Position numbers and translations under genes: made by a program
Shown: one piece after another, positions 9,629-17,919 of the stretch
How positions within the stretch are numbered: position 1 is the first letter of the stretch
How the letters are laid out: each line of letters opens with the position of its first letter
Notes under the pieces: generated by a model
Databases searched by the model: none
Seen by the model: the letters and a program-made list of their open reading frames with translations, nothing else
Told to the model about the DNA's origin: nothing
Assembly: GCA_036267355.1 (NCBI GenBank)
Contig: DATAWG010000122.1
Location: 13,671-77,670 of the forward strand
Direction: 5' to 3'
DNA from: Pirellulales bacterium
GTDB taxonomy: Bacteria; Planctomycetota; Planctomycetia; Pirellulales; DATAWG01
DNA: 64,000 nt

Positions 9629-10204
9629 ATGCCCTCTTCGCGTTCTCCTGCCGCCAAGTCGCCACTCGCAGCAGGCACGGAACCCGGGGTCGATCATGCG
9701 CGCAATCTCCGCCGGCTGATGGCCCGGCAGGGGCTCACGCTCCGCGAACTCGCCCGGCGCAGCGGACTGAATCTGCGCACATTGAAAACCATGCTGCGCG
9801 GCAACCATCGGCCGCATGGCCGCACGTTGCAACGCTTGGCTGCCGGCTTGGGCGTGCCGGTCGACGAGCTGTTTCAGGATCCGTCGCTGTTGGTGCATCG
9901 ACTCTTCGACCGGCGGACGAATCCGGTCGTCGATCAAGTAGTGGACGAAGAACGGGAACTGTTCCACGGCTGGACGGAAGCGGAGTTTGCCGATCTCTAT
10001 AGCCGCTTCGGCCACGGCGGCCCGCTGACGCGCGACGGCACGATTGCCGTCGCCCATGCGATCAACCTCCGCCGAAGGGTGCAACAGCAAGTCGCGCTGC
10101 TGTTGGAAACCGGCGAAGCCGAATTGTTCGTCGACATCATCGATCTCTTCTACCGCCGAGTGCTCGTTGTTGACGCGGACGATGACCACGGATCACACCG
10201 ATAG
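9629..10204 (+). CDS. XRE (Cro/C1-type) helix-turn-helix transcriptional regulator
   Basis: ARNLRRLMARQGLTLRELARRSGLNLRTLKTMLRGNHRPHGRTLQRLAAGLGVPVDELF is a canonical HTH_XRE domain. The C-terminal ~100 aa are uncharacterised. Confidence 0.75.
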   Translation: MPSSRSPAAKSPLAAGTEPGVDHARNLRRLMARQGLTLRELARRSGLNLRTLKTMLRGNHRPHGRTLQRLAAGLGVPVDELFQDPSLLVHRLFDRRTNPVVDQVVDEERELFHGWTEAEFADLYSRFGHGGPLTRDGTIAVAHAINLRRRVQQQVALLLETGEAELFVDIIDLFYRRVLVVDADDDHGSHR

Positions 10205-10225
10205 ACACGGATTCGAAGCTTCTTC

Positions 10226-10313
10226 GTAGTAGGCACACTCCGTGTGCCGTCGGCGCTCCACGATGCGCTGCGTACAGTGGGCGGCGGACGGCGCACGGAG
10301 TGTGCCGGCTACT
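10226..10313. repeat. REP/MITE-like element, 'GGCACACTCCGTGTGCC' family (inverted pair)
   Basis: GTAGTAGGCACACTCCGTGTGCCGTCGGCG ... CGGCGGACGGCGCACGGAGTGTGCCGGCTACT. Homologous copies at 19811-19894 and 30731-30819. Confidence 0.8.
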
Positions 10314-10334
10314 TTGGCCAAACGCCGCGATGTG

Positions 10335-10712
10335 TCATCCGTGGTTATCGATCGCTTCCCACTTGCCGAGCGGGCAGCTTTGGTCGGCCCAGGCTAATTT
10401 GTTGAAAAAGCTGCGCTGCTGGCGAATGCGGCAACCGCAATCCGCGTGGCGGCAGATCGCGCCGTCGAACAGCGGACACGCTTTGCAGATTGCCAGCCGG
10501 GCGTCGATCTGCTGTTGGGTGCATGCAGGCATTCCCATTGCGAAATGGCGGATGGCCGAGCGTGCGAAGTTCGTCGCTCGCTTGAGCGCGGAAGGTCCTC
10601 CGGCAGTCGCGCGACCGCACCGGCACATCGGCGGCCGTTTCGAGGCGTGCGCTCTTTGCCCACATACCACGCATGTCCATCCATCTTGTGTCGCTGTGAA
10701 TTGGCAGTACAT
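10335..10712 (-). CDS. Cys-rich putative zinc-binding protein (126 aa), last gene of the phage-derived operon
   Basis: Internal ATG of track ORF 10335..10943. The ATG at 10710-10712 shares one nucleotide with the upstream stop (TGATG). N-terminal zinc-ribbon-like WTCVVCGQ...CRCG. C-terminal CKACPLFDGAICRHADCGCRI...SCPLGKW. Confidence 0.6.
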   Translation of the reverse strand: MYCQFTATQDGWTCVVCGQRAHASKRPPMCRCGRATAGGPSALKRATNFARSAIRHFAMGMPACTQQQIDARLAICKACPLFDGAICRHADCGCRIRQQRSFFNKLAWADQSCPLGKWEAIDNHG

Positions 10713-11179
10713 CAGAAAATCGGCGCGACAGTGATCGCGTCGGGCGTGCCGGTGCAGATCGTCGGGCTGCCGGAGATAAATGGGAGTGTGTAGGTCTCGG
10801 TGCAATCGAACGGCGAATCTAGCGAAATCGACCAGACGAAAAACGGCGGTTCGCCACCGTTGAAGCCGAGCGAAAATTTGATTCCGCTGCTCGAAAGCAC
10901 CAAAAATCCCTGGGCAAAGATAAAGGCCGGATCGCCGGTGCAAGACACTTCACCGAAATTGAAATCATACGTACAGCCAGGGCTCAAGCTCGCGATGGCG
11001 GAAGCATCGTTCAAGAAGCCGCAGGAACATGGTTGCTCGGCAGGCGGATAGCCAACCTCGACCGAACCGTCCGTGAAGCCGTCGCCCAGCGTGACTTGAT
11101 ACTGCGGCGGCGTTGTCCCGGCGCATCCGCACACCGAGCCGCAGCAACAATTTGGACTGAACTTGCTGAACCCGCTCAT
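10712..11179 (-). CDS. Phage-cluster protein with an N-terminal Cys cluster (155 aa)
   Basis: Internal ATG of track ORF 10712..11554; ATGA overlap with the upstream stop (11176-11179). MSGFSKFSPNCCCGSVCGCAGTTPPQYQVTLGDGF..., remainder beta-rich. No known family recognised. Confidence 0.6.
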   Translation of the reverse strand: MSGFSKFSPNCCCGSVCGCAGTTPPQYQVTLGDGFTDGSVEVGYPPAEQPCSCGFLNDASAIASLSPGCTYDFNFGEVSCTGDPAFIFAQGFLVLSSSGIKFSLGFNGGEPPFFVWSISLDSPFDCTETYTLPFISGSPTICTGTPDAITVAPIF

Positions 11180-11808
11180 GACGGGCAACTCGCCGCGAAG
11201 ACATACCAGCGTTTGGATTGCAAGTGTTGCAGGATCATCACGGCGGTTCCGGCCGCAAGTGTGTCGCCGCTTGAAAGCAGCCAGTCGTATGCGGTGACGC
11301 TGCAGCTCGAATCCTCCGTGTCGCCGCTTGTGGAATTGATTTGCCACACCTCGACGGTCGCCGAGCCGCCCGCGGAAAGAGTCGTGCTCAATTTGCCGAA
11401 ATGCCATTGCACGCCGGGCAGCGGAATTCGCTGTCCCGCCGCGGGATGCCAATACGTCAGATGCCGCTCCCCGGCCAGATAAAGCGATTGCTGCGCATCG
11501 GCGACATGTGCCAAAGCAATCGGCGTGGCGTTGCCGTCGACCGCCTCGATCCATGGATCGGCGTCGCTCGAATCGAAGCCGAACAGCGTGGCCGTCTTGT
11601 TCGTGTCGTTGGCTTCGACGGTGTCGATCAGTTCGACCAGATCGAATCCGCTATCGCCGGCAATCGCGATATTCAGGCCGAACGCGCCGGCTGTGATCTG
11701 GAGCGGATACGCCGCCGAGATCCGCATCGCACGGCGCAACTCGCTCGATACCGAATTGGCCCAGCCTGCGGTGATCGGATCGCCAGGATGCACGTGTCGG
11801 GGCGCCAA
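11176..11808 (-). CDS. Putative tail fibre/receptor-binding-like protein (210 aa)
   Basis: TTG start preceded by GGGAGG 7 nt upstream. The N-terminus HVHPGDPITAGWANSVSSEL resembles the conserved N-terminal motif of many phage fibre proteins. Gly/Ser/Thr/Asp-rich beta-type composition. Position is distal in the tail module. Confidence 0.5.
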   Translation of the reverse strand: MAPRHVHPGDPITAGWANSVSSELRRAMRISAAYPLQITAGAFGLNIAIAGDSGFDLVELIDTVEANDTNKTATLFGFDSSDADPWIEAVDGNATPIALAHVADAQQSLYLAGERHLTYWHPAAGQRIPLPGVQWHFGKLSTTLSAGGSATVEVWQINSTSGDTEDSSCSVTAYDWLLSSGDTLAAGTAVMILQHLQSKRWYVFAASCPS

Positions 11809-11829
11809 CGATCAACCTCCCGTCGAACC

Positions 11830-12678
11830 CTAATTTCCGAATTGGAACAATTGCGACAAATCGGCCGATTGGAACGGCGCGGCGCCGGTTTGCACCGACA
11901 CGATCCGTTGCCAATTGTCGTTTCCGGCGCCGGCGTCGCGGCGATAGAAATAGTTGTGGCCGTAGACGGTGTCCGGATCGAGCGTCGAGAGCACCGTCTT
12001 TACTTGGAATTTGTAATCGACGCGCCATAGTGGCGTGTTGTTCACTTGGAATTCCCGCTCCCAATTTGCCCCGATGAACAGCACCTGTTCGGTGTCGTAG
12101 CCCATGAACGACGCGTTGTTCACGCAGCCGCGCGTTTGCCGCATGCCCGACCATGGCGGCTGCGGCACCCAGCGCCACGACAAATTGATCGATTCCTCGG
12201 GAATCAAAATGCCGGGCGTGAAATCGTCTTCGACGCTGGTTCCGTCCGGCCATTTCCAGGTCCGGCCCGGCAGGCTCATATACTGAGCACCGACATCGCC
12301 GGTGGCAACAAGAAACGTTCCGTTGGGCACCGGCGGCAAACGACCGTCGGTCAAGGGAAATGGTTTGTACGTAACCGTCACCCGGGCGTAGTTGTAGTTC
12401 ACTTGAAAGCCCGCCAGGCTGATCGGCGATTCGAGCGGGCTGTCCGGCTGGAAGGGATCGATTTGGATGTCGCTCGGCCACATGCCCGGCAAGCCGTAGA
12501 AGCTGGCCGTCGGCATGTAAGAAATTTGGCTGCCGACGGCGATCCAATAACCCCACAAATCACCGACAAACGCCGGCCAATCGCCCCAGTTGATCTTGAA
12601 GACGCGCACACCGGTCATATCGCGGCGCGATAGCGAAATGCGTGGCGAGCCTTCAAGTTCTTCGAAATCGACGGGCAT
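11830..12678 (-). CDS. Putative tail tip/baseplate-like structural protein (282 aa)
   Basis: ATG ORF; Trp/Tyr/Pro-rich beta-type composition. It is the largest ORF downstream of the capsid gene. Assignment is by position only. Confidence 0.5.
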   Translation of the reverse strand: MPVDFEELEGSPRISLSRRDMTGVRVFKINWGDWPAFVGDLWGYWIAVGSQISYMPTASFYGLPGMWPSDIQIDPFQPDSPLESPISLAGFQVNYNYARVTVTYKPFPLTDGRLPPVPNGTFLVATGDVGAQYMSLPGRTWKWPDGTSVEDDFTPGILIPEESINLSWRWVPQPPWSGMRQTRGCVNNASFMGYDTEQVLFIGANWEREFQVNNTPLWRVDYKFQVKTVLSTLDPDTVYGHNYFYRRDAGAGNDNWQRIVSVQTGAAPFQSADLSQLFQFGN

Positions 12679-12754
12679 GGGAGAAGTGGTCAGGGGACAG
12701 GGGGACAGAGATCAGAACAGGAGGACGGCGGCGGGGTGGTCGGGATGCCGATGG

Positions 12755-13228
12755 TTATAGACCTTCGGAGAAACGGGCGAGCGTTTGAGAGCCGATCGCC
12801 TGTCCGGTGTGCTGGGCGGTCGTGAGCAGTTCGTCGAATCGGCTTAGCAGATGACGTATCGCATCGCGGAGTTTTTCAGTCTCGGATGATGTTTCAACAA
12901 AGCATTGCGGGATGGTGGCATTGGACGCCGCAGGCGGCTCACTTGCTTGCTCATCGACGGCCGCCAGGCGGTCGGCGATATAGACCAGGCTTTCGACACC
13001 TCGATGCGGTTGCGATCTTTGTTCTTCGCTGCGGTGGCCCCGACGCTTTGCCAACTGTTCTTCGATCCAACGGTCGCGCTGGCGAATTCGATTGGCGTGG
13101 AACTCGGCCGCTTCGTTTGGGGCCAATAGAACCGACTCGCCGGCGTCGGCTGTTGGCAGCAAAAGGATCTTCAATTGCGAGGGGCAGAATCGTGCGACCG
13201 ATTCGGGCCGAACGCCGGCGCGAATCAA
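12755..13228 (-). CDS. Helical phage-cluster protein in the -1 frame relative to the upstream gene (possible chaperone extension or very short tape-measure-like protein)
   Basis: The only start is TTG (13226-13228), overlapping the upstream TGA (13225-13227) as TTGA. Charged helical sequence (RIRQRDRWIEEQLAKRRGHRSEEQR). Confidence 0.4.
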   Translation of the reverse strand: MIRAGVRPESVARFCPSQLKILLLPTADAGESVLLAPNEAAEFHANRIRQRDRWIEEQLAKRRGHRSEEQRSQPHRGVESLVYIADRLAAVDEQASEPPAASNATIPQCFVETSSETEKLRDAIRHLLSRFDELLTTAQHTGQAIGSQTLARFSEGL

Positions 13229-13779
13229 ACTGCGGAAAATAAAGTGCCAAGGAATCGGTTTGCCGCGGCCGGATGCATCGACGCCCGGCCGCGGCTCGGC
13301 AACTTTCCCGGCGGATATTCTCCACTCGATTCGGAGGCGATCGCCATTGTTTCGGAAATCTCATCTGCTCGCTTGCCAAATCGCTCTTGAATCTCGGCCA
13401 GCGTCAAGTGCGGCTGCATGCGGCGCAATCGCAGCCACAGTTCGAAGAGAACCCCTTCGTCGCTGCGGAACCAGGCAGCCAATTCTTCCCGCGAGACTCG
13501 ATCGCCACGGCGCATGTCATCGAACGCTCGCTGCAGAATCTCTTTCGGCATCGGCTCCGATCGGTCCGCGACCGTTTCCCGCAAAGAGTGCAATGAACTG
13601 CGTCGCGCGCTCAACAAACGCCGCTCGATCTCGGCATAATGGCCGAGCGTCAGCGGCGCCAGCCGCAGCAACTGCCCATCGATCTCGATCGGCACCGAAC
13701 CCGGAATGATTACAAAAAGCCCTTCCATGCTCATCTCCGTCTTTCCTTCGCTTCGTCGTATTTGCGTATTTCGTGTCAT
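13225..13779 (-). CDS. Putative tail assembly chaperone-like protein
   Basis: Lies immediately downstream of the tail-tube-like gene. The likely true start is the ATG at 13728 (GGAG 6 nt upstream) or 13734. Helical, charged sequence. Assignment by position. Confidence 0.45.
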   Translation of the reverse strand: MTRNTQIRRSEGKTEMSMEGLFVIIPGSVPIEIDGQLLRLAPLTLGHYAEIERRLLSARRSSLHSLRETVADRSEPMPKEILQRAFDDMRRGDRVSREELAAWFRSDEGVLFELWLRLRRMQPHLTLAEIQERFGKRADEISETMAIASESSGEYPPGKLPSRGRASMHPAAANRFLGTLFSAV

Positions 13780-13817
13780 TCGTGGTTATCTCTTCTTCCG
13801 TGCCGTTCCGTCACGGT

Positions 13818-14204
13818 TCATGGCAGCGACGGTTCGGTCCAGGCCCCGTCGGTATCGAAATCGGCGACGCCGCCGATCACTTCACCCGTGTCGATATTCA
13901 CTTCGACTTTGAATGTTTTTACGAGCGCGGGCACCGTGTAGAAATGCGTGGCGTCGAGATGAAGTAGTAGCGTCACCGCGCTGCCTTCCACGATCGGCGA
14001 GCCGGCCGAGAGGTCGAATTTGAATTGAATCGCCCCGCTGCCGGATTTGACGCCCGAAAGGCTGCGCTTGAAGCCGCCGGTGGCACTCGACGCATAACGG
14101 CTCGAAACGGATTCCTTGTTGAAAAGCCATTTGGTCACCTCCGCCACCGGAGCGGAGCCGATCAACACCTGCCCGTTCTTGCCGGAAATTGGTTGCGTTG
14201 ACAC
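13818..14204 (-). CDS. Putative tail tube-like protein (128 aa)
   Basis: GTG start. All-beta composition (AIQFKFDLSAGSPIVEGSAVTLLLHLD...FKVEVNIDTGEVIGG). Size and position are similar to short major tail proteins. No direct motif proof. Confidence 0.45.
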   Translation of the reverse strand: MSTQPISGKNGQVLIGSAPVAEVTKWLFNKESVSSRYASSATGGFKRSLSGVKSGSGAIQFKFDLSAGSPIVEGSAVTLLLHLDATHFYTVPALVKTFKVEVNIDTGEVIGGVADFDTDGAWTEPSLP

Positions 14205-14228
14205 GCTCGGATTCCTTGCTGAATCGCG

Positions 14229-14741
14229 TTAGGAGGAGATACCCAGGACGACGATGCTGTACGTGATCGAGTCGGGCGACGTGTTCGAGACGCGAAGAAT
14301 CTTGTGCGTCGAGTCGACCGCCCAACCATCTTTTTTGCTCGACAACAACAGGGCGCTATCGGCGCCAATTTGCAGCAGCGATGCGGCGGATCCGCTGAAG
14401 GGAGCGGTGCATGCGTCGGCGACCGAGGAATCCAACTGCAGTGTGTCGCCGGAAGTTGTGGAGGTGTTGACCAAAAAAATTGCCTTGACGCTCGCCAGGT
14501 TGATCGAAAGCGTCGAGCCGAAAAGCGAATGCGTCAGATTCGTGAGATCGAGATCATCGTTCGTCCCCGCGGCAACCGTGCGTTGATCGGACCAGATCGT
14601 GTCGGCCTGATCGGCGGCCGAGCCGTTTGCCAGTTGATCGTCGTAGCTCAGTTGCGACGCGTCGCCCACCGTCGTCAGCGCCAATGGCTCTTGGAACAGC
14701 CAATTGATCGATGCCTTGATTTCGCTCGCCAATGTGCTCAT
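14229..14741 (-). CDS. Phage-cluster structural protein (170 aa)
   Basis: ATGA overlap with the upstream gene (14738-14741). Ser/Thr/Asp-rich beta-type sequence. Confidence 0.5.
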   Translation of the reverse strand: MSTLASEIKASINWLFQEPLALTTVGDASQLSYDDQLANGSAADQADTIWSDQRTVAAGTNDDLDLTNLTHSLFGSTLSINLASVKAIFLVNTSTTSGDTLQLDSSVADACTAPFSGSAASLLQIGADSALLLSSKKDGWAVDSTHKILRVSNTSPDSITYSIVVLGISS

Positions 14742-15169
14742 CCGGAAATCCTCGCGCAAGAGTGAAAAATGCGAACATCAAAATCGCGGGCGACCATCCA
14801 CACGCCGTCGTCTCCGTTTTCGCGTTCGATGTGATTGGCCGGCCGCATATCGAGCACCCGTCCGCCGGTCCACAGAAAATCGCGCCGATTGAAATAGCGT
14901 ACGATCATCGCTTCGATCCGCCGTGCTTCTTCGTAACTGGAGCTATAAACCGCGAACCGCACCGCTTCGGTCGCACAGGTCGTGCCGCTCGAGCTCCGTT
15001 CGAGTTGCGATTCGCCCTGCACCGACATACAGACGTACGGAAACCGGACCGGCAATTCAGCGGCGTCGCGGATCGGCGCAAGCCCCGTGTAAAGCTGCTC
15101 GATTGGCACCAAATTCAACAGCGGCCGATAGCCAGACCAATGCTCATGAATCGCGCGTTCGGCAGACAT
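14738..15169 (-). CDS. Putative tail completion/terminator-like protein (DUF3168-like, tentative)
   Basis: 143 aa. The FPYVCMSVQGE...AVRFAVYSSSYEEARRIEAMIVRYFN pattern resembles neck/tail-terminator proteins. Position is between the head-tail adaptors and the tube-like gene. Confidence 0.45.
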   Translation of the reverse strand: MSAERAIHEHWSGYRPLLNLVPIEQLYTGLAPIRDAAELPVRFPYVCMSVQGESQLERSSSGTTCATEAVRFAVYSSSYEEARRIEAMIVRYFNRRDFLWTGGRVLDMRPANHIERENGDDGVWMVARDFDVRIFHSCARISG

Positions 15170-15274
15170 GGTGGAGGAAGGGTGAGGGTGAGGGTTAGGT
15201 TTGTTGGATGCGTTTTTCGGTGACGCTACGCCGGCAGACTGCTTCGTTCCTCAAAGCCTCACAGTCTCACAGCC

Positions 15275-15919
15275 TCAAAGCCTGCGCAGCGCGTTGATCG
15301 TGAACAGGCTGGCGATCGAATCGGCGAGTTCGTAGCCGGTTACTTGGTAGATCGCGCCATCGGCGGCTTGAATGCGATTGCCGTTGTCGACCAGGATTTG
15401 CTGAGCCAAGTAGATTTTAGTGGTGACAATTCCCGATTGCCGGCCGTGCTGTTCGCTCCGGGCCGAGGTCAGCTCTTGGATTCGCGCTCGTACGGCGGAT
15501 GCGAATGGAACGAAGGTCGGCTCGACGGCGCCGCTCGGCCCCTTGGCGGCCACTTCGCGGAGAATCGTGATGAACGTGTTCAATCCTCCAGCCAGCGCGA
15601 GATTGCGGGCCGTGCATTTCCAACGCGAACCGCAAGTCGCAAGCTGCGTTTCGAGAATCGTCCACGCTTCGCCGCTCGTATCGACGATCTGATCGCCGAG
15701 TTGCGGCGGGGCGTTCAATTCCGCTGCGGCAAGGTGCCAATGCACATCGCTGGTCGTATATTTTCCGTCGCTCGCGGCAGCTTCTCGAGTGTTCACCGCG
15801 CGGCGTAGCGCTCCGGCAAGCGCCGTGGCGCCGGAGCCGTCGCATCGCCGCAACGTGGCAGGCTCGAGCGCGTCGGTCACGAGCGCGAAATCGGCTTGCG
15901 GATTGAAACTGGCGGTCAT
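15275..15919 (-). CDS. Phage-cluster head-tail joining region protein (214 aa)
   Basis: Internal ATG of track ORF 15275..16021; its ATG shares one nucleotide with the upstream TGA (TGATG at 15917-15921). Confidence 0.5.
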   Translation of the reverse strand: MTASFNPQADFALVTDALEPATLRRCDGSGATALAGALRRAVNTREAAASDGKYTTSDVHWHLAAAELNAPPQLGDQIVDTSGEAWTILETQLATCGSRWKCTARNLALAGGLNTFITILREVAAKGPSGAVEPTFVPFASAVRARIQELTSARSEQHGRQSGIVTTKIYLAQQILVDNGNRIQAADGAIYQVTGYELADSIASLFTINALRRL

Positions 15920-16134
15920 CACGTGTATCCCTGCGATCGGACTTCGAATGGATCCAGACCGATCAACTTTGCATCGCACCAATCGACGGCCGCTTCCACC
16001 GAGCGGATGTAGCTTTCCCAAGAAATGGTTTGACCGTCGATGGTGTAGGTCGGCTTCGGATTGGCCCGCAATTCAACGAGTTGCGCCAGCGCCATGCTGC
16101 GGATCGTTTCGATTTGTGCTCGATCGTTTTGCAT
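15919..16134 (-). CDS. Small phage-cluster protein (71 aa), head-tail connector region
   Basis: ATG ORF coupled to the downstream gene. KPTYTIDGQTISWESYIRSVEAAVDW resembles small phage head-completion proteins (recollection only). Confidence 0.45.
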   Translation of the reverse strand: MQNDRAQIETIRSMALAQLVELRANPKPTYTIDGQTISWESYIRSVEAAVDWCDAKLIGLDPFEVRSQGYT

Positions 16135-16192
16135 TCAGACACCTCGAGGGCCATGCATTATGGAACCAAGCTCTTGCAGCTCGGGCCGTTGT

Positions 16193-16522
16193 TCAGCCCT
16201 TGCTAGAAAGTTCGACGTTGCCAGCCGCGTTGGCCACCAGCTTTAGCGCGCCGTAGCTCGAGCAATAATCGGGGATCGGATAACCACCGCCGGCCGCGAC
16301 GGTTTGCGTGACGGCATGCCCGTCGCCATCTTGGATGGCCACGTACGTGCCCCCCGGCTGAATGGCGCCGTAGTACGTCAGGCTGGTGATCGGTGAGCCG
16401 CCGGGCACGAGCACACAGCCGTTCGCCACTTCGGTAAGATCGATTTCGGCGGTCGTCGATAGGTTGTTGGTCAACGCAAGCGCCGCGACAAACGCATGAT
16501 GGCGCCGGATGCGATTCGACAT
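16193..16522 (-). CDS. Small phage-cluster protein (109 aa), possible head decoration/accessory protein
   Basis: ATG ORF directly downstream of the capsid gene; Gly/Thr/Ala-rich beta-type composition. Confidence 0.45.
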   Translation of the reverse strand: MSNRIRRHHAFVAALALTNNLSTTAEIDLTEVANGCVLVPGGSPITSLTYYGAIQPGGTYVAIQDGDGHAVTQTVAAGGGYPIPDYCSSYGALKLVANAAGNVELSSKG

Positions 16523-16666
16523 GTGGATGGCCTTGATGGATGAATCCGCTTAGAGGCGGACAATAATTCACGGCAGACGGGGAAACAGCGGGTCCACAGC
16601 GGCGGCGGGCTATGCGACCGCGCCCGGCCGCCGCGTATCTGATCATCGCGTCTCACAGCTCGGCCC

Positions 16667-17848
16667 TCAGGAGGCCGAGTTCTGCACGACATACCGAGGT
16701 TCGAGCGTTGCCGCGGCGCCGCGTTCGCTCGCTTTGAAGCGGATCATGATGTCTTGCGTGAACTCGGCTTCGCTGTTGAGCGGAGCCTGCGTGACGGTGA
16801 TGCCCCAATTTTCCATGTAGGCAAACGCCTTGCGGAAATTGCCGAGATACCAGTTGCTCGTCGGCTCGCCGGCCAGGCTCAACCGTGCTCGCAGCAACCG
16901 GCTGGAGACGACGCGATAGCTGCCGGCCATCGGATTCGGCGCAAACGTGCGAACGGTGCTGGCGTCGGCTCGATTATCGACTTGCTCGATTTGCGTCGCG
17001 CTCACGATCCGCCGAGCGGCATGCAACAGCTCGGGGCACACGAGGATCGTGTCGGCGTTGACGATAATCGGCTCGCCGGTATTCGGATCGAGAATGTTGG
17101 CCATCACCTGCTCGGCCGCATCGACATCCGACCAATCCACGAGCGGGTTGTTCGTCTTGACGTTGATCCACGGGGCCGACGATTGATAGGTCGCGTAGCT
17201 GACTCCCTTCCAGTTGTAGCGGGCGTCGGTCGTGTTTCCGTCGATGATGCAATCGAGCAGGCGTTTCTCCTTGTTCAAGCCGAGAAACTCGCCGACTTCG
17301 CCGGCGCGCTGCAAAACGAGATGCGTGCGGTCGAAGAAGATCGCCTCCTTGGTGACCGGCACGATCATGCCGCGCTTCGTGGTGGCGGGCGTTTCGATGT
17401 AGTCTTCCGTCAGGCCGACGTGCGGGTAGACGGCCCCTTCGTCGATCGCTTCGGCCATATCGCCCATTTGCCCGATGCCGGGTATTTTTTCGCCGCTGAA
17501 ACGAGTCGGAATCGTTTCGACGATCTGCGAGGCAACGAAGGCCTCGGAGGTGAATCCCTCCATGATTTTCGAGTAGATGATCTGGCCGGTGATATTGCTG
17601 AACGTGGCCGTATCGACGGCGTCGGCAGCTTCGAGCAAATCGACATTCCCGGATTTCGCGCGCGGATCGAGCAATCGCAGAAACTCGCGGCCATCGGGAA
17701 TCGTGGCCTCGGCCAGATCGCGCAACGAGAAATCTTCGGGGCGAAGATGCTTTTCCGCCAGCGCATCGCGCAGATGGCGGCAAGCTTGTTGCGGCCCCAT
17801 GGTTTCGTAGAGGCGTTTGAGTTCCCGGTAGTTGACGGCTCGCGTCAT
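16667..17848 (-). CDS. Major capsid protein (HK97-fold type)
   Basis: Track ORF 16667..17887; ATG at 17848 has GGAG 8 nt upstream. 393 aa with typical capsid composition. It sits downstream of the portal and protease/scaffold genes; sequence includes ...TKRGMIVPVTKEAIFFDRT... and ...NWYLGNFRKAFAYMENWGITV. Confidence 0.8.
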   Translation of the reverse strand: MTRAVNYRELKRLYETMGPQQACRHLRDALAEKHLRPEDFSLRDLAEATIPDGREFLRLLDPRAKSGNVDLLEAADAVDTATFSNITGQIIYSKIMEGFTSEAFVASQIVETIPTRFSGEKIPGIGQMGDMAEAIDEGAVYPHVGLTEDYIETPATTKRGMIVPVTKEAIFFDRTHLVLQRAGEVGEFLGLNKEKRLLDCIIDGNTTDARYNWKGVSYATYQSSAPWINVKTNNPLVDWSDVDAAEQVMANILDPNTGEPIIVNADTILVCPELLHAARRIVSATQIEQVDNRADASTVRTFAPNPMAGSYRVVSSRLLRARLSLAGEPTSNWYLGNFRKAFAYMENWGITVTQAPLNSEAEFTQDIMIRFKASERGAAATLEPRYVVQNSAS

Positions 17849-17919
17849 GAAATAAGCTCCGAATTTGTGGTTCGAATCGAAAGGCAAGGAGAATCGCTTG
17901 AAGAACAGCGCGCCGTCGG

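Noticed and set aside
8032-10334. Search for an integrase, excisionase or att site flanking the phage-derived cluster (also 25012-25883)
   Set aside because: No tyrosine or serine recombinase motifs appear in any frame, there is no tRNA, and I saw no direct repeat shared between the two flanks. Only REP-family elements are present, and these also occur elsewhere in the window.
15176-15200. Telomere-like GGGTGA GGGTGA GGGTTA hexamers
   Set aside because: There are only three units, in the middle of a circular-type bacterial gene cluster. They are better explained as the complement of a C-rich leader repeat (see finding).
17860-17885. tRNA T-arm-like GGTTCGAATCG just upstream of the capsid gene
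   Set aside because: No acceptor stem, anticodon arm or D-arm can be folded around it. It lies in the 5' leader of the capsid gene. I found no tRNA anywhere in the window.
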